Source: Candidatus Baldrarchaeum yapensis (GTDB lineage Archaea > Asgardarchaeota > Baldrarchaeia > Baldrarchaeales > Baldrarchaeaceae). From it: a DNA stretch of 31,500 bases. The stretch is from positions 1 to 31,500 of the forward strand of contig JAEOSH010000018.1 in the NCBI GenBank assembly GCA_016840465.1, read 5' to 3'. The translations under genes and the position numbers were made by a program. Below the pieces are notes generated by a model, which ran no database searches, was not told the DNA's origin, and saw only the letters and a program-made list of their open reading frames with translations. Shown in pieces: positions 18,026 through 25,952 of this stretch. The stretch's first letter is position 1; the number at the start of each line of letters is the position of its first letter.

Positions 18026-18834
18026 AGAGGTTGGTATTCAAAAGTCCTGTTTTTCAGTCGGCGATTGCGGGGGTGGCCGATGGGCATTTTTGTTTTAAGG
18101 CTGCAGTGGCGGGAGCCGGACTCGTGACAATTGGTGGTGTTAGTTTAGATGAGGATAGTTTACATGCAACACGTGAGATAATTGCGCGTGGAAGAAAGGA
18201 ATTTTACTTTGAAATTGACGAACGAGAGGAATTCTTGAAGGAAAATATAAGGGTTGCAAAGAAGGGAGGAAGCCCCGTTGCGGTTAATGTGCGCGTTTGC
18301 TCGTTTAAAGGACTTTTAGAGGCAGGGAAAATAGTTGAGGCGTGTGGTGCAGACATATTTGAGTTAAATGCACATTGTAGACAACCTGAAATAACATCGA
18401 GAGGAGGAGGACAAGAGTTACTCAAGAATCCTAATAAGCTCAAAGATTGGCTTTTAGCCATCCGAGAAGAAATACAAATACCCGTATCAGTGAAAATACG
18501 TGCTAATGTCGGAAACACCCTTAAAATAGTAAAGATGCTTTCGGAGATTCCCGTTGATATTATACATATAGATGCTATGGTTCCCGGGGAGCCTCGTGCC
18601 GATCTTCAGCTGTTACGAGAAGTTTGTAAGTCAGTTGACATGTTTGTTATAGGTAATAATTCCGTAACTGACGGCATCTCCGCATATCGGATGCTGAATA
18701 CAGGAGTAAATGCCGTTTCAGTTGCTAGAGCCATTATGGCATCACCTTCTGCCATCAGCAAGATTATTGATGAGTTGAAGCAGATATTAGGGGAGAGGTT
18801 GCGTCCAATTGTGCTACATCCTGATTCCGGTTAA
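18022..18834 (+). CDS. Dus/NifR3-like FMN-dependent TIM-barrel oxidoreductase (archaeal nifR3-related family)
   Basis: FELNAHCRQPEITSRGGGQELLKNPNKL...IPVSVKIR parallels the tRNA-dihydrouridine-synthase active-site region (D.N.GCP..K.....G.aLL..P....iPVtvKiR) with its catalytic Cys. The TTG start forms a TTGA overlap with the cofD stop, and the 3' end overlaps cofC by 26 nt. Confidence 0.65.
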   Translation: MKRLVFKSPVFQSAIAGVADGHFCFKAAVAGAGLVTIGGVSLDEDSLHATREIIARGRKEFYFEIDEREEFLKENIRVAKKGGSPVAVNVRVCSFKGLLEAGKIVEACGADIFELNAHCRQPEITSRGGGQELLKNPNKLKDWLLAIREEIQIPVSVKIRANVGNTLKIVKMLSEIPVDIIHIDAMVPGEPRADLQLLREVCKSVDMFVIGNNSVTDGISAYRMLNTGVNAVSVARAIMASPSAISKIIDELKQILGERLRPIVLHPDSG

Positions 18835-19543
18835 AAAACTGTCAGAGGCGAAATCCCGATTGTCCCCTGTGCTGGATAAAAACAGCAGGCAAAAGCTATC
18901 GTTATCAATGTTGCTTGATGTATTATCCGTGGCTACGAGAGTTGTCGATCCTGAAAACGTCATAGTTGTTTCATCAGACATTCAAATCTCTGAATTTCTG
19001 AAAAAAATGAATGTTTCTTTCTTTCACGAGAAAGGCCACGGATTGAATAATGCTATTGAAGAAGCCACGCGCGCACTTGGTTCTTCCACAGAAGCGGTCT
19101 TAGTGCTGCCATCTGATATTCCATTCATGAAATTGACCGATTTATTGGAAATTTTAAACTTGGGGGATAATGATTGTGGCAGGAGAGTTGTAATAAGTCC
19201 CAGTAAAAATGGGGGCACGAACGCTCTTCTGAGGCAACCCCCCGATGTTATACCTTCCATATTTGGGAAGCTGAGTTTCATAAAACATGTAAGAACGGCT
19301 AGAACTCTTAAGGTTCCTGTTTTCATCTACGATTCTCGAACAATAAGTTTCGATATCGACACCATTGAAGACCTCATTGTTGCGATGAAAAACGTCGATC
19401 TTCTCGGTTATCATACCAGGAGGTTCATAAAATCACTAAAGAACCGAATTGATCTTGATAGAGTCAAATTGGGAGAGGGATCCTCCTCTTCCTTCGGCCT
19501 CATCCCCTCTGGTGATGATACTTTTCGTTCTTCGATTATTTAA
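18809..19543 (+). CDS. cofC: 2-phospho-L-lactate/PEP guanylyltransferase CofC
   Basis: The N-terminus ILIPVKKLSEAKSRLSPVL is the CofC signature (IPVK.l..aKsRL). PSDIPF and GGTNAL motifs are also present. The exact start (TTG 18809) is uncertain. Confidence 0.8.
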   Translation: MCYILIPVKKLSEAKSRLSPVLDKNSRQKLSLSMLLDVLSVATRVVDPENVIVVSSDIQISEFLKKMNVSFFHEKGHGLNNAIEEATRALGSSTEAVLVLPSDIPFMKLTDLLEILNLGDNDCGRRVVISPSKNGGTNALLRQPPDVIPSIFGKLSFIKHVRTARTLKVPVFIYDSRTISFDIDTIEDLIVAMKNVDLLGYHTRRFIKSLKNRIDLDRVKLGEGSSSSFGLIPSGDDTFRSSII

Positions 19544-19614
19544 CAGTTCCGCTCCACTGTTGTAACATCCTCTATAACCATCGAATACGATAATCGAACT
19601 CTCTCAGAGAGGCG

Positions 19615-19845
19615 TTAAGCTTCCTCTATATCGACCGCTATCGCGAAATCCGGACAATACAACTCACATAGCCGACATCCTATGCATCTATCCAGACGGG
19701 CGGGGACCGGCGGAAAACATCCCCGCTTGCTCCTCTTATTTGACCTGACAAAAACGCCCCTTGGACAAAACTCCACGCACAGATAACAACACTTACATAG
19801 ATTTTCGTCAATATAGATTCCATTAACCTTAACCCGCCTTTTCAT
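19615..19845 (-). CDS. 2x[4Fe-4S] ferredoxin-like protein
   Basis: Two CxxCxxCxxxCP motifs (CKCCYLCVEFCP and CIGCRLCELYCP). 76 aa. Confidence 0.85.
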   Translation of the reverse strand: MKRRVKVNGIYIDENLCKCCYLCVEFCPRGVFVRSNKRSKRGCFPPVPARLDRCIGCRLCELYCPDFAIAVDIEEA

Positions 19846-19871
19846 CGCAATCCCTCATAATTACTCTCCGA

Positions 19872-21038
19872 GTGACGCTTATGAGAATTGTGGAAGTACA
19901 AGACCAAAACCCGGTCGAAATGCTTGATGAGCGGGATGTTGATATTTGGAGGTACTGTCCTCACAGGTTAGCCGTGAAAATATACCTAGGCTGTCCGTAT
20001 AGGTGTTTGCACTGTCCCGGGAGATTGAAAAGAAGAGATTACGACAAAAGAATATTGGCCGTGATAAATGCTCCCATAGTCTTAGAGCACAGATTAATGA
20101 GCGCAAAGAGCCATATGCAACCCGCAAACCTGGGCTTCTTTTCGGATCCTTATCAATTAGCAGAGGAAGAGATTGAGCTTACTCGATGCGTTCTGGAGAT
20201 TTTCAGGAAATATGAACAACCATCGTTCATAATCACGAAATCTAAACTGATTCTCAGGGATCTGGAAATTATATCCGATCTTGCGTCCAAAAAACTCATT
20301 GCAGTGGTGGTACCGTCATCTACAATTGACAAGAATCTTAGAAGGTTTATTGAAGGACGCTCACCGCCCTTTGATGAAATTATAGAATTCATGCACCAGT
20401 TACATGAAGAAAAAATACCGCTCGTGGCTCGCATCGCACCAATCTATCCATTTTTAACCGATGATGATAATTCTCTCCGAGAAATGATCCAGGCATTTGC
20501 GGACGCCGGAGCATCCCACATAACAGCAGGGTTCCTGAAGGTATCTAAGAGGTTCTGGAGGTTTCTGGAGGAGGTATTCTCGCGAAGATTTCCAGATTTG
20601 ATACCAAAGTACAGATCACTGTACTTTAGAAGGGGCGTAAGGTCACTTTCCGGACTCAGGCTTGCTGATAGCAAATATAGATACAGAAAGTTGTCTATGC
20701 TGGCCCAGTTCTGCAAGCAAAATAAGTTGACATTTGGCACATGTAAGGAGGGTTTCTTCGCGCTTCACACGAACATTTGTAGCGGAATAAGACTGAGGGC
20801 AAGATACTATCCGTGCCTATACGACTACTGGAACCTGATTGTAAAAAGAGGAGCGGTGAGCGTCGATGAGGCTATACATATAGCACGCGCGTACAGAGTT
20901 TCGGGGAGATATAAGTGGACTCTAAGGAGGCTATGGCAGGAGGGGACTTTCTTTAAGGAGGTAAACGACATTACCGCAAAAGAGCACATCGAGAAGGGCA
21001 TTCTTTATGAGGTGGTGAGTGCGGATGGTAAGGATTAG
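19872..21038 (+). CDS. Radical SAM protein (SplB/COG1533-like, 'DNA repair photolyase' family)
   Basis: The CxxxCxxC cluster motif lies in LGCPYRCLHCPG near the N-terminus, followed by about 350 aa of TIM-barrel-sized body. The start is ambiguous (GTG 19872, ATG 19881 or ATG 19920). Confidence 0.7.
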   Translation: MTLMRIVEVQDQNPVEMLDERDVDIWRYCPHRLAVKIYLGCPYRCLHCPGRLKRRDYDKRILAVINAPIVLEHRLMSAKSHMQPANLGFFSDPYQLAEEEIELTRCVLEIFRKYEQPSFIITKSKLILRDLEIISDLASKKLIAVVVPSSTIDKNLRRFIEGRSPPFDEIIEFMHQLHEEKIPLVARIAPIYPFLTDDDNSLREMIQAFADAGASHITAGFLKVSKRFWRFLEEVFSRRFPDLIPKYRSLYFRRGVRSLSGLRLADSKYRYRKLSMLAQFCKQNKLTFGTCKEGFFALHTNICSGIRLRARYYPCLYDYWNLIVKRGAVSVDEAIHIARAYRVSGRYKWTLRRLWQEGTFFKEVNDITAKEHIEKGILYEVVSADGKD

Positions 21039-21483
21039 GAGGGCGACTGCTGAGGACCTCGATACAATAATTAACCTATGGTTAGCTCTAGCCAGTTACC
21101 ACGAAAAACTTGACTCTGCGTATAAGCTAAGTTCGAGGGCTACTTCTTTTTATAGAACGTTGGCTTCGGATTTGCTCATGAGGGGATTGGTGCTTGTCGC
21201 GGAGGAGGACCGGAGGATTGTGGGGTTTCTTACTGCTGAAATTTTTTACAATCCCACCTTTGTTCCCTCACTTCAGGGAAGAATTCTGGACATTTACGTT
21301 GAGGAAAATTATAGGAGACGTGGGATCGGTTCCCAGTTAGTGAAGGAAGCCCTGAAATGGTTTCAGGCAAATGGTGTGCAATGCGTGCTGGTGAACGTTG
21401 CTGAGCAGAACAAGGTTGCGTTGAACTTCTGGAGCAAGATGAGATTTCGCGTATTATCTCGCAAGATGATCTTGAATTTGTGA
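21025..21483 (+). CDS. GNAT-family N-acetyltransferase
   Basis: Acetyl-CoA binding motif YRRRGIGSQLVKEALKWFQANG. The N-terminus IRRATAEDLDTI is typical. It overlaps the radical SAM 3' end. Confidence 0.85.
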   Translation: MVRIRRATAEDLDTIINLWLALASYHEKLDSAYKLSSRATSFYRTLASDLLMRGLVLVAEEDRRIVGFLTAEIFYNPTFVPSLQGRILDIYVEENYRRRGIGSQLVKEALKWFQANGVQCVLVNVAEQNKVALNFWSKMRFRVLSRKMILNL

Positions 21484-21619
21484 GTCATAATAGAGGAATA
21501 TTCCGCAATTTGCATTCATAGCGTCAATTTCATCGGGAAAAGAGGGTTCTCTTCTTGTAATACATTTGTAATACTGCGGTTTACAAGTTGTTGCGCAAAA
21601 CCTGGATTTTGCGAGAAGG

Positions 21620-22492
21620 GTGAGGCTCATGGAGCAACCATCCATACCATCGGAGTACCGCACGATACTTGAGGACTTCAAGTCGTATTTGGAACTTTTA
21701 GGCAGGACGCCATTGACGATAAAGGAATATCTCATAGATGTGAGGTTGTTTCTGAGCACGCTTAATGGAAAGGGATTACATGAGGTTACGAAGAGAGATA
21801 TCATGTCGTTCCTGTTATACTTGAAGCAGAAAAGAGGAGATAATAATGTCACAATTGCAAGAAAGTTGAGTTCGATAAGGACGTTCTTCAACTTTCTCGT
21901 CGAGAGCGGGTTCCTTGACAGCAACCCGGCAGCGGATGTGAAAAGACCGAAACTCGAGAAGAAGTTACCCGTCGTCCTGACGCCTGATGAGGTCAGGAGA
22001 TTAATAGACGCTGCTGACAATCCGCGTGACAAATTGATCATAAGGATGTTGTACGTTACGGGGTTAAGAGTAAGTGAGCTCGTAAATTTGCGTGTTGAGG
22101 ACATCGACTTTGAAGAGTGTGTCATTATGGTTCGGATGGGTAAGGGGAAAAAGGATCGTGTCGTTTTCATGGACAAGCAGACTGCAAGGATTCTTAAGGA
22201 GTACTTAAGAGAGAATGGGATCGAACGTGGGAGGGTATTTCCAATTTCGGTAAGAACCGTTCAGAGGATGATTCAAAGGGCGCGCATTAAAGCGGGTATT
22301 CAGAAAAAGGTAACACCACATGTTTTGAGGCACAGTTTTGCCACGCATATGTTGGAGCTGGGGGCAAACTTACGTACGATACAAGAATTGCTGGGGCATG
22401 AACAATTGAATACGACACAGATATACACTCATGTTTCGATGCGGCAGGCAAAGATGGAGTACGAGAAGTTTGAGAAAAATTTAAAGATATGA
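21620..22492 (+). CDS. xerA: Tyrosine recombinase XerA
   Basis: An N-terminal SAM-like core-binding domain (ARKLSSIRTFFNFLVESG) and a catalytic domain carrying RVSELVNLRVEDID, KGKKDRVV, TPHVLRHSFATHML, LGHEQLNTTQIYTHV (the R..HxxR..Y pattern). Confidence 0.9.
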   Translation: MRLMEQPSIPSEYRTILEDFKSYLELLGRTPLTIKEYLIDVRLFLSTLNGKGLHEVTKRDIMSFLLYLKQKRGDNNVTIARKLSSIRTFFNFLVESGFLDSNPAADVKRPKLEKKLPVVLTPDEVRRLIDAADNPRDKLIIRMLYVTGLRVSELVNLRVEDIDFEECVIMVRMGKGKKDRVVFMDKQTARILKEYLRENGIERGRVFPISVRTVQRMIQRARIKAGIQKKVTPHVLRHSFATHMLELGANLRTIQELLGHEQLNTTQIYTHVSMRQAKMEYEKFEKNLKI

Positions 22493-22520
22493 GAATGTGC
22501 GGTTCCTTTTTGTCGCTCCA

Positions 22521-23681
22521 TTACATTCTTCTGAGGACGCATCTGTGCGCGACTTGTGGTCCGGTCTCTTGATATTCCTTCTTTGTGATCCACATCTTCT
22601 GGAATGTTTTGAGACTCGCGAGGATGGATCCACCGACCCATACCGAGAACTGTCTTTCTGGAGGAGCTATTACTTTCACTTCCACATCGTATCCCCTGTT
22701 CTTCAAGGCCTGAGTCAACTCCTTTTGCAGTCTCTCCTTCATTCCTGGGAACATCGTGTTCCCGCCACTAAGAATTACGTTTGACAGAAGTTCCTTTCTA
22801 ATGGTTGTGTCACATGCCAGCACGCTTTCTATTATTACCTCATGGAGTGGCGGAAGTTCTTTTCCGATGCGCATCGGATCAAACATCACCTCAGGAGCTA
22901 GGAACCTTTCGGATCCTAGAACTACTTCACTACCGTCAGGCATCTTATATTTCTTCTCCACAGCCTCACGGAATTTCTCTGCATGTTTCATCTCCTTTTC
23001 GAGATCTAGAGCGACGTAGCATAACTTCTCCTTAATGTCCCGCACAAGTTCCTTTTCCGCGCTGCTGATGAAGGAGTAACCTCTTTCCATAAGAAGAGTT
23101 CTCAAATATTCGGTGACATCACGGCCACCAAGATCAAGCCTTTGGACTGCTGGTTCTATGGCGTATCCCTCGTAAATGGGGACCACATGCGTGACACCAT
23201 CTCCTGAGTCGACCACGACACCAGTAGTTCTTCCAGACGCATAAAGTGATAGGATTGCCTGAACAGAAATCCAGAGCGCAGGCACATTGAACGTTTCAAA
23301 CATTATTTCAGCAAGCTTTTCTCTGTTTTTATCCGGGTTGAGCGGAGCCTCCGTTAATAGGACGGGGTGTTCTGATGGGTTAACACGTAATTCATTGTAG
23401 AAAGTGTAATGCCATATTTTCTCCATAGCGTCCCAGTCCTTTATAACACCGTGTTCTATCGGGTACACTAGGCGTAGAACGCCCTTATAGGCCATTGCCT
23501 CCTGTCCGATGTAATATTCACGCTCATAGTGTTCAACATCAGTCATAACGCTACGATACTTAGGGTATCCTATTACCGTTGGAAAGACGCTACGGGGTCT
23601 ATCTTCCCCGGCGAAACCGTTCTTTGAAAAACCAGTCCCGTTATCTATAACTATTGGCTTATAGGGGGGTAATTCTTCCAT
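22521..23681 (-). CDS. Actin, eukaryote-like (Asgard 'lokiactin' type)
   Basis: Long runs are identical to eukaryotic actin as I recall it: [93 protein letters not shown] prefer start M27 (ATG at 23681, preceded by GGGGGGT). The track start at 23759 adds 26 non-actin residues. Confidence 0.93.
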   Translation of the reverse strand: MEELPPYKPIVIDNGTGFSKNGFAGEDRPRSVFPTVIGYPKYRSVMTDVEHYEREYYIGQEAMAYKGVLRLVYPIEHGVIKDWDAMEKIWHYTFYNELRVNPSEHPVLLTEAPLNPDKNREKLAEIMFETFNVPALWISVQAILSLYASGRTTGVVVDSGDGVTHVVPIYEGYAIEPAVQRLDLGGRDVTEYLRTLLMERGYSFISSAEKELVRDIKEKLCYVALDLEKEMKHAEKFREAVEKKYKMPDGSEVVLGSERFLAPEVMFDPMRIGKELPPLHEVIIESVLACDTTIRKELLSNVILSGGNTMFPGMKERLQKELTQALKNRGYDVEVKVIAPPERQFSVWVGGSILASLKTFQKMWITKKEYQETGPQVAHRCVLRRM

Positions 23682-23775
23682 AAATGACCCCCCGAAGATC
23701 ATTTTTTTGGACAATTTCATCCATAAATGTACGTGCGTTGAACTAATAAAATTTAACATGACTTATTTGCATTGT

Positions 23776-23796
23776 TGATATAGCCTATAGATATCA
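23776..23796. promoter_or_regulatory. Inverted repeat TGATAT-N9-ATATCA (with an internal TATAG-CC-TATAG) in the divergent actin/regulator intergenic region. It could be an operator, TATA elements, or both.
   Basis: Read directly as tgatatagcctatagatatca. It lies between the actin start (minus strand) and the wHTH gene start (plus strand). Confidence 0.3.
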
Positions 23797-23848
23797 GATA
23801 GGTGAGTTTACAAGTCCATTCAAACAATAAGAAATTGTTGCACTGGGG

Positions 23849-24547
23849 ATGTGGTGGTTTTTGAGAGCCCGTGCAAAACTTGTCGAAATAGAACGAATGG
23901 TAGGGGACGTAGAGTCCAGAAAAATCATACTTAGGGCTTTATTAGATGGTCCTAAAAGTGGAGTCGAACTTCGTCTTGCGCTTGCACGTGCATTTAATAA
24001 GTCGGTTGATGAAATCTCGGATGCGATGGTGTATTTCAACCTCCAAGTTCTTGAGAAGGCGGGAATCATAAAGAGGTGGAGGGGACACGAGGACTGGAAG
24101 GTGAAGTATGCGGAAATAGTTCCGGAGAAAATACAACAGATAAGGAGGTTTTTCGGAATAAAAGTTCCGGTCATGTGTTTTGCGGGGCTCTCTGATCCTC
24201 TCTATATTCGTTATCTACGGAAAATATTTAGAGAGCATATGGACGTGGCGTTAGAGTGTTATAAGTTCTTCGCGCCCGCGGGGATGAGGGGGCGTATTGT
24301 GGGAATACCTGAGGGTGTCGAAGTGTACTACTTTGATGAAAACCTTACATTTGAGGAGTTGTATGAAAGAATTCGGGGATTGACCGAGAAGTTCATCAGA
24401 GAGTACGAGATAATGTTTGATTTGAGTGAAGGGCCACGGGAGTTGGCAATTATATTTTGCCGCCTAGCGTTGGAGTTTGACTTAAAAGCGTTTTATGTCG
24501 AGAAATTGGATGAAGAAAGTGGGAGGATTATTTGGATAATCGAATGA
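23849..24547 (+). CDS. wHTH (ArsR-like) transcriptional regulator with a C-terminal Rossmann-like, possibly CARF-like, ligand-binding domain
   Basis: The N-terminus RKIILRALLDGPKSGVELRLAL...VYFNLQVLEKAGIIKR is an ArsR/wHTH pattern. The C-terminal half begins with a strand followed by a small-residue motif (VMCFAGLSDP) and ends with FDLSEGPRELAIIF, which is reminiscent of the CARF D-x-[ST]-G-G-x-[RK] motif. An alternative start is ATG 23897. Confidence 0.55.
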   Translation: MWWFLRARAKLVEIERMVGDVESRKIILRALLDGPKSGVELRLALARAFNKSVDEISDAMVYFNLQVLEKAGIIKRWRGHEDWKVKYAEIVPEKIQQIRRFFGIKVPVMCFAGLSDPLYIRYLRKIFREHMDVALECYKFFAPAGMRGRIVGIPEGVEVYYFDENLTFEELYERIRGLTEKFIREYEIMFDLSEGPRELAIIFCRLALEFDLKAFYVEKLDEESGRIIWIIE

Positions 24548-24576
24548 GCCTCAGCGTCTAGCCTGTATGTCATCTA

Positions 24577-24598
24577 CCCGGGAGAGTTGTGTCCCGGG
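24577..24598. terminator. Perfect 7-bp GC-rich hairpin (CCCGGGA-N8-TCCCGGG) between convergent genes, followed by a T-run
   Basis: Read directly. It lies between the + gene end (24547) and the - gene end (24647), with aattttt at about 24612. Archaeal termination mainly uses oligo-T, so the hairpin's role is uncertain. Confidence 0.3.
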
Positions 24599-24646
24599 CA
24601 TTTCACCCGAATTTTTCATCATCGGCCTATATTTGGTTCTTTTCAG

Positions 24647-25858
24647 TCATAATTTTGATATCTTTTTCTCAATAAATGCTTCTATTTTGCTCAATGCTTC
24701 CTTAAGAATCTCTATCGGTGGTAGAAAGACAATCCTGAAATGATCTTTTCCATATATGGGATCAAAGCCTGATCCAAATACCACAAGCACGCCTGCCTCC
24801 TCAAGTAATTCAAATACGAAATCCTTATCACTTCTCCAAATTCCTTTGACTTCTATCTTTGGGAAAGCATAGAACGCTCCTTTTGGCTTCACACATGACA
24901 ATCCATCGATTTCATTGAGGCGCCTCCACACGAAGTCTCTTCGTTCTCTGAGTTTTCTGACCATTTCGGCTATATGGTCCTGCGGTCCTCTTAACGCCTG
25001 TACTGCCGCCATCTGCACTATCGAGTTTGCACATATACGAACTCTTGCCTCCTTTGTTATCGCTTCCTTTAGCCTCTCCAGCCTTCCCTCGGGATCATAA
25101 AAGTAGATATACCCCAATCTCCATCCTGGAACTAGATATACTTTAGAGAAGCCGTTTAAACCGATTATTGGCACGTCTTTTGCGACAGATGCAGCACTTA
25201 CATGCTTTCCGTCGAAAATGATCCTGTCATATATTTCGTCAGACACCACTATGATGTCGTGTTCAGCCGCCAGATCCAATATTTCTCTTAGAATCTTTTG
25301 ATCGTAAACAGCGCCAGTGGGGTTATTTGGATTTATTATAACTATCATCACCGTGCGCTCCGTTATTTTCTTCTCAATATCGCTCACATCGGGTTGCCAT
25401 TCATTATCTTCATCGCAGTGATAGGTTACGGGGATCCCGCCGAAGTATTTTACTAATGATATGTACGGGGGATATGTGGGGCCCGGAACAAGAACCTCAT
25501 CTCCGGGTTCTACCACGGCCCCCATGAGCATGAATATTGCCTCGGAAATTCCGGAGGTTACGATTACATCGTCCGGTTCTATTTTCACTCCGTTAACCTT
25601 CCTCTCTTTTTCTGCTATTGCCTCTCTTAGGTCTGGTATGCCGAGAGAGTCCGTATATCCGTTATAACCCTCAATTGCCGCTTTATACAGGGCGTCAATC
25701 ATATGGCGTGGTGGCTGGAAGTCAAACTTGCACGGATCCCCTATATTCAAATAAATTATTTTCTTTCCTCGTCGTTCCAGGTCTTTTGCCTTGACCACGA
25801 CGTCCCTAATTGCATATTCTATTCCTAGCGCGCGAGGTGCCACCTTCACCATTCTCAT
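24647..25858 (-). CDS. PLP-dependent class I aminotransferase, alanine aminotransferase-like
   Basis: It aligns along its full length with Pyrococcus AlaAT as recalled (LGIEYAIRDVV..A..LE..GKK.I.LNIGDP.KFDFQPP.HM; INPNNPTGA.YD; SDEIYD; the NGFSKVY PLP-lysine motif; GWRLGY.YF.DPE; HFR.VFLPPIEIL.EA). Confidence 0.9.
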   Translation of the reverse strand: MRMVKVAPRALGIEYAIRDVVVKAKDLERRGKKIIYLNIGDPCKFDFQPPRHMIDALYKAAIEGYNGYTDSLGIPDLREAIAEKERKVNGVKIEPDDVIVTSGISEAIFMLMGAVVEPGDEVLVPGPTYPPYISLVKYFGGIPVTYHCDEDNEWQPDVSDIEKKITERTVMIVIINPNNPTGAVYDQKILREILDLAAEHDIIVVSDEIYDRIIFDGKHVSAASVAKDVPIIGLNGFSKVYLVPGWRLGYIYFYDPEGRLERLKEAITKEARVRICANSIVQMAAVQALRGPQDHIAEMVRKLRERRDFVWRRLNEIDGLSCVKPKGAFYAFPKIEVKGIWRSDKDFVFELLEEAGVLVVFGSGFDPIYGKDHFRIVFLPPIEILKEALSKIEAFIEKKISKL

Positions 25859-25952
25859 CTACCTTAAGGGTCTGATTTCAAATACATCTTGTGCCAACTT
25901 ATTAAAGTGATATCACCCCAGTGGTCCCCAGAATGAGACATGGTAGATTGAT

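Noticed and set aside
21495-21504. Perfect 10-bp palindrome GGAATATTCC, and a TTGTAATAC direct repeat (about 21554-21575), upstream of xerA, considered as a possible dif site
   Set aside because: Archaeal dif sites are ~28 bp with 11-bp imperfect inverted arms around a 6-bp spacer and are generally not adjacent to xerA. These short elements do not have that architecture and are within chance expectation.
22429-23035. Small ORFs 22429-22641 (minus), 22497-22784 (plus), 22756-23019 (plus) and 22805-23035 (plus) around the xerA/actin junction
   Set aside because: All overlap the 3' end of xerA or are antisense to the actin gene, whose identity is unambiguous. None has motifs.
23682-23759. 26-codon N-terminal extension of the actin ORF ([26 protein letters not shown])
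   Set aside because: It has no counterpart in actins. A purine-rich GGGGGGT precedes ATG 23681, and TATA-like AT-rich boxes fall inside the extension. I could not exclude starts at M14 or M20, so the extension remains a possibility.
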